From NCBI GenBank assembly GCA_964430565.1, contig CAYSFD010000057.1:23218-87217 (forward strand): 64,000 bases of DNA, read 5' to 3'. Made by a program: the position numbers and the translations under genes. Source of the stretch: an uncultured Enterobacteriaceae bacterium (GTDB taxonomy: Bacteria > Pseudomonadota > Gammaproteobacteria > Burkholderiales > SG8-39). This document shows, in pieces, positions 63,528 through 64,000 of this stretch (its first letter is position 1; each line of letters opens with the position of its first letter). The notes beneath the pieces were generated by a model. The model was not told the origin of the DNA, made no database searches, and saw nothing but the letters and a program-made list of their open reading frames with translations.

Positions 63528-64000
63528 TTGTTTCTCCAGACCACCATAGCAGGCAGCCTGCCCAAGCCGGCGTGGCTCGCCGAGCCGAAAAAGCTCTGGG
63601 CGCCCTGGCTCCTTGAAGGAGATCTCCTCGAGGAAGGCAAGCGCGACGCCATGCGCCTCGTGCTCGCCGACCAGGAAGCCGCAGACATCGATATCGTCAC
63701 AGACGGTGAGCAGACACGCAGGCATTTCGTTACGACTTTCATCGAGAGCTTAAAGGGCGTCGATTTCGAGCATAAGCGCACCGTGCGCATCCGCAATCGC
63801 TACGACGCGGACGTGCCGGTGGTGGTGGGACCCGTGGGGCGTGGCAAACCGGTGTTCGTCGAGGACGTTCGCTTCCTCCGAGGGCAGACGAAGCGCCCGA
63901 TCAAGCTCTCCCTCCCCGGTCCCATGACCATGGTGGACACGCTCTATGACAACCACTACCGCAGCCGCGAGAAGCTCGCGCGCGAGTTCGCCGCGATCCT
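63528..64000 (+). CDS. Cobalamin-independent methionine synthase (MetE C-terminal domain-like) family protein, 3' part outside window
   Basis: Open frame to the window end, reading LQTTIAGSLPKPAWLAEP...IVTDGEQTRRHF...LPGPMTM, typical of the MetE-like/methylcobamide-type methyltransferase fold. The start (TTG 63528 or GTG 63492) is uncertain. Confidence 0.7.
   Translation, partial: MFLQTTIAGSLPKPAWLAEPKKLWAPWLLEGDLLEEGKRDAMRLVLADQEAADIDIVTDGEQTRRHFVTTFIESLKGVDFEHKRTVRIRNRYDADVPVVVGPVGRGKPVFVEDVRFLRGQTKRPIKLSLPGPMTMVDTLYDNHYRSREKLAREFAAI

Overview
This window looks like a syntenic core-chromosome segment of a high-GC, betaproteobacterium-like genome. I saw no rRNA, tRNA, CRISPR array, transposase or integrase. 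About 65 protein genes are supportable.

Gene content, in order:
- The 3' end of smc, then zipA-ligA-galU, a purine/MTA salvage pair, def, glnD and map.
- The long conserved block rpsB-tsf-pyrH-frr-uppS-cdsA-dxr-rseP-bamA-skp-lpxD-fabZ-lpxA-lpxB-rnhB.
- ppsR/ppsA, smpB-ratA-rnfH, and guaB-guaA-tadA.
- A short accessory-looking stretch at about 35.5-45.5 kb: a signal-less L,D-transpeptidase-fold protein, a Bug/TctC binding protein, gene remnants, a Hanks kinase fused to two receiver domains, a transglutaminase-core lipoprotein, mtnA, an aldolase/SDR fusion and a GNAT.
- ygfZ-DUF4936-NRDE, then mltG-tmk-holB-tatD.
- A lexA-imuA-imuB-dnaE2 SOS mutagenesis cassette.
- livHMGF, pcm, and a LigA/LigB-like dioxygenase pair followed by a MetE-like gene cut by the window edge.

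Many ORF-track entries are N-terminally over-extended. I moved starts by eye to conserved N-termini, Shine-Dalgarno sequences and ATGA/GTGA overlaps.

Best candidates for a second look:
1. A divergent glycosyltransferase / EgtB-like pair that resembles the selenoneine genes senB/senA, with no selD or egtD partner in view.
2. A class II aldolase-SDR fusion next to mtnA, which I infer could be a fused DHAP-shunt-type methylthioribulose-1-P module.
3. The kinase-REC-REC fusion.
4. In-frame hairpin (REP-like) insertions inside dnaE2.
5. A TPR protein whose obvious lipoprotein signal peptide has no canonical start codon.

I cannot claim a clearly new multi-gene system from sequence reading alone. 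All family calls are by eye (motifs and synteny) and need HMM/BLAST confirmation.
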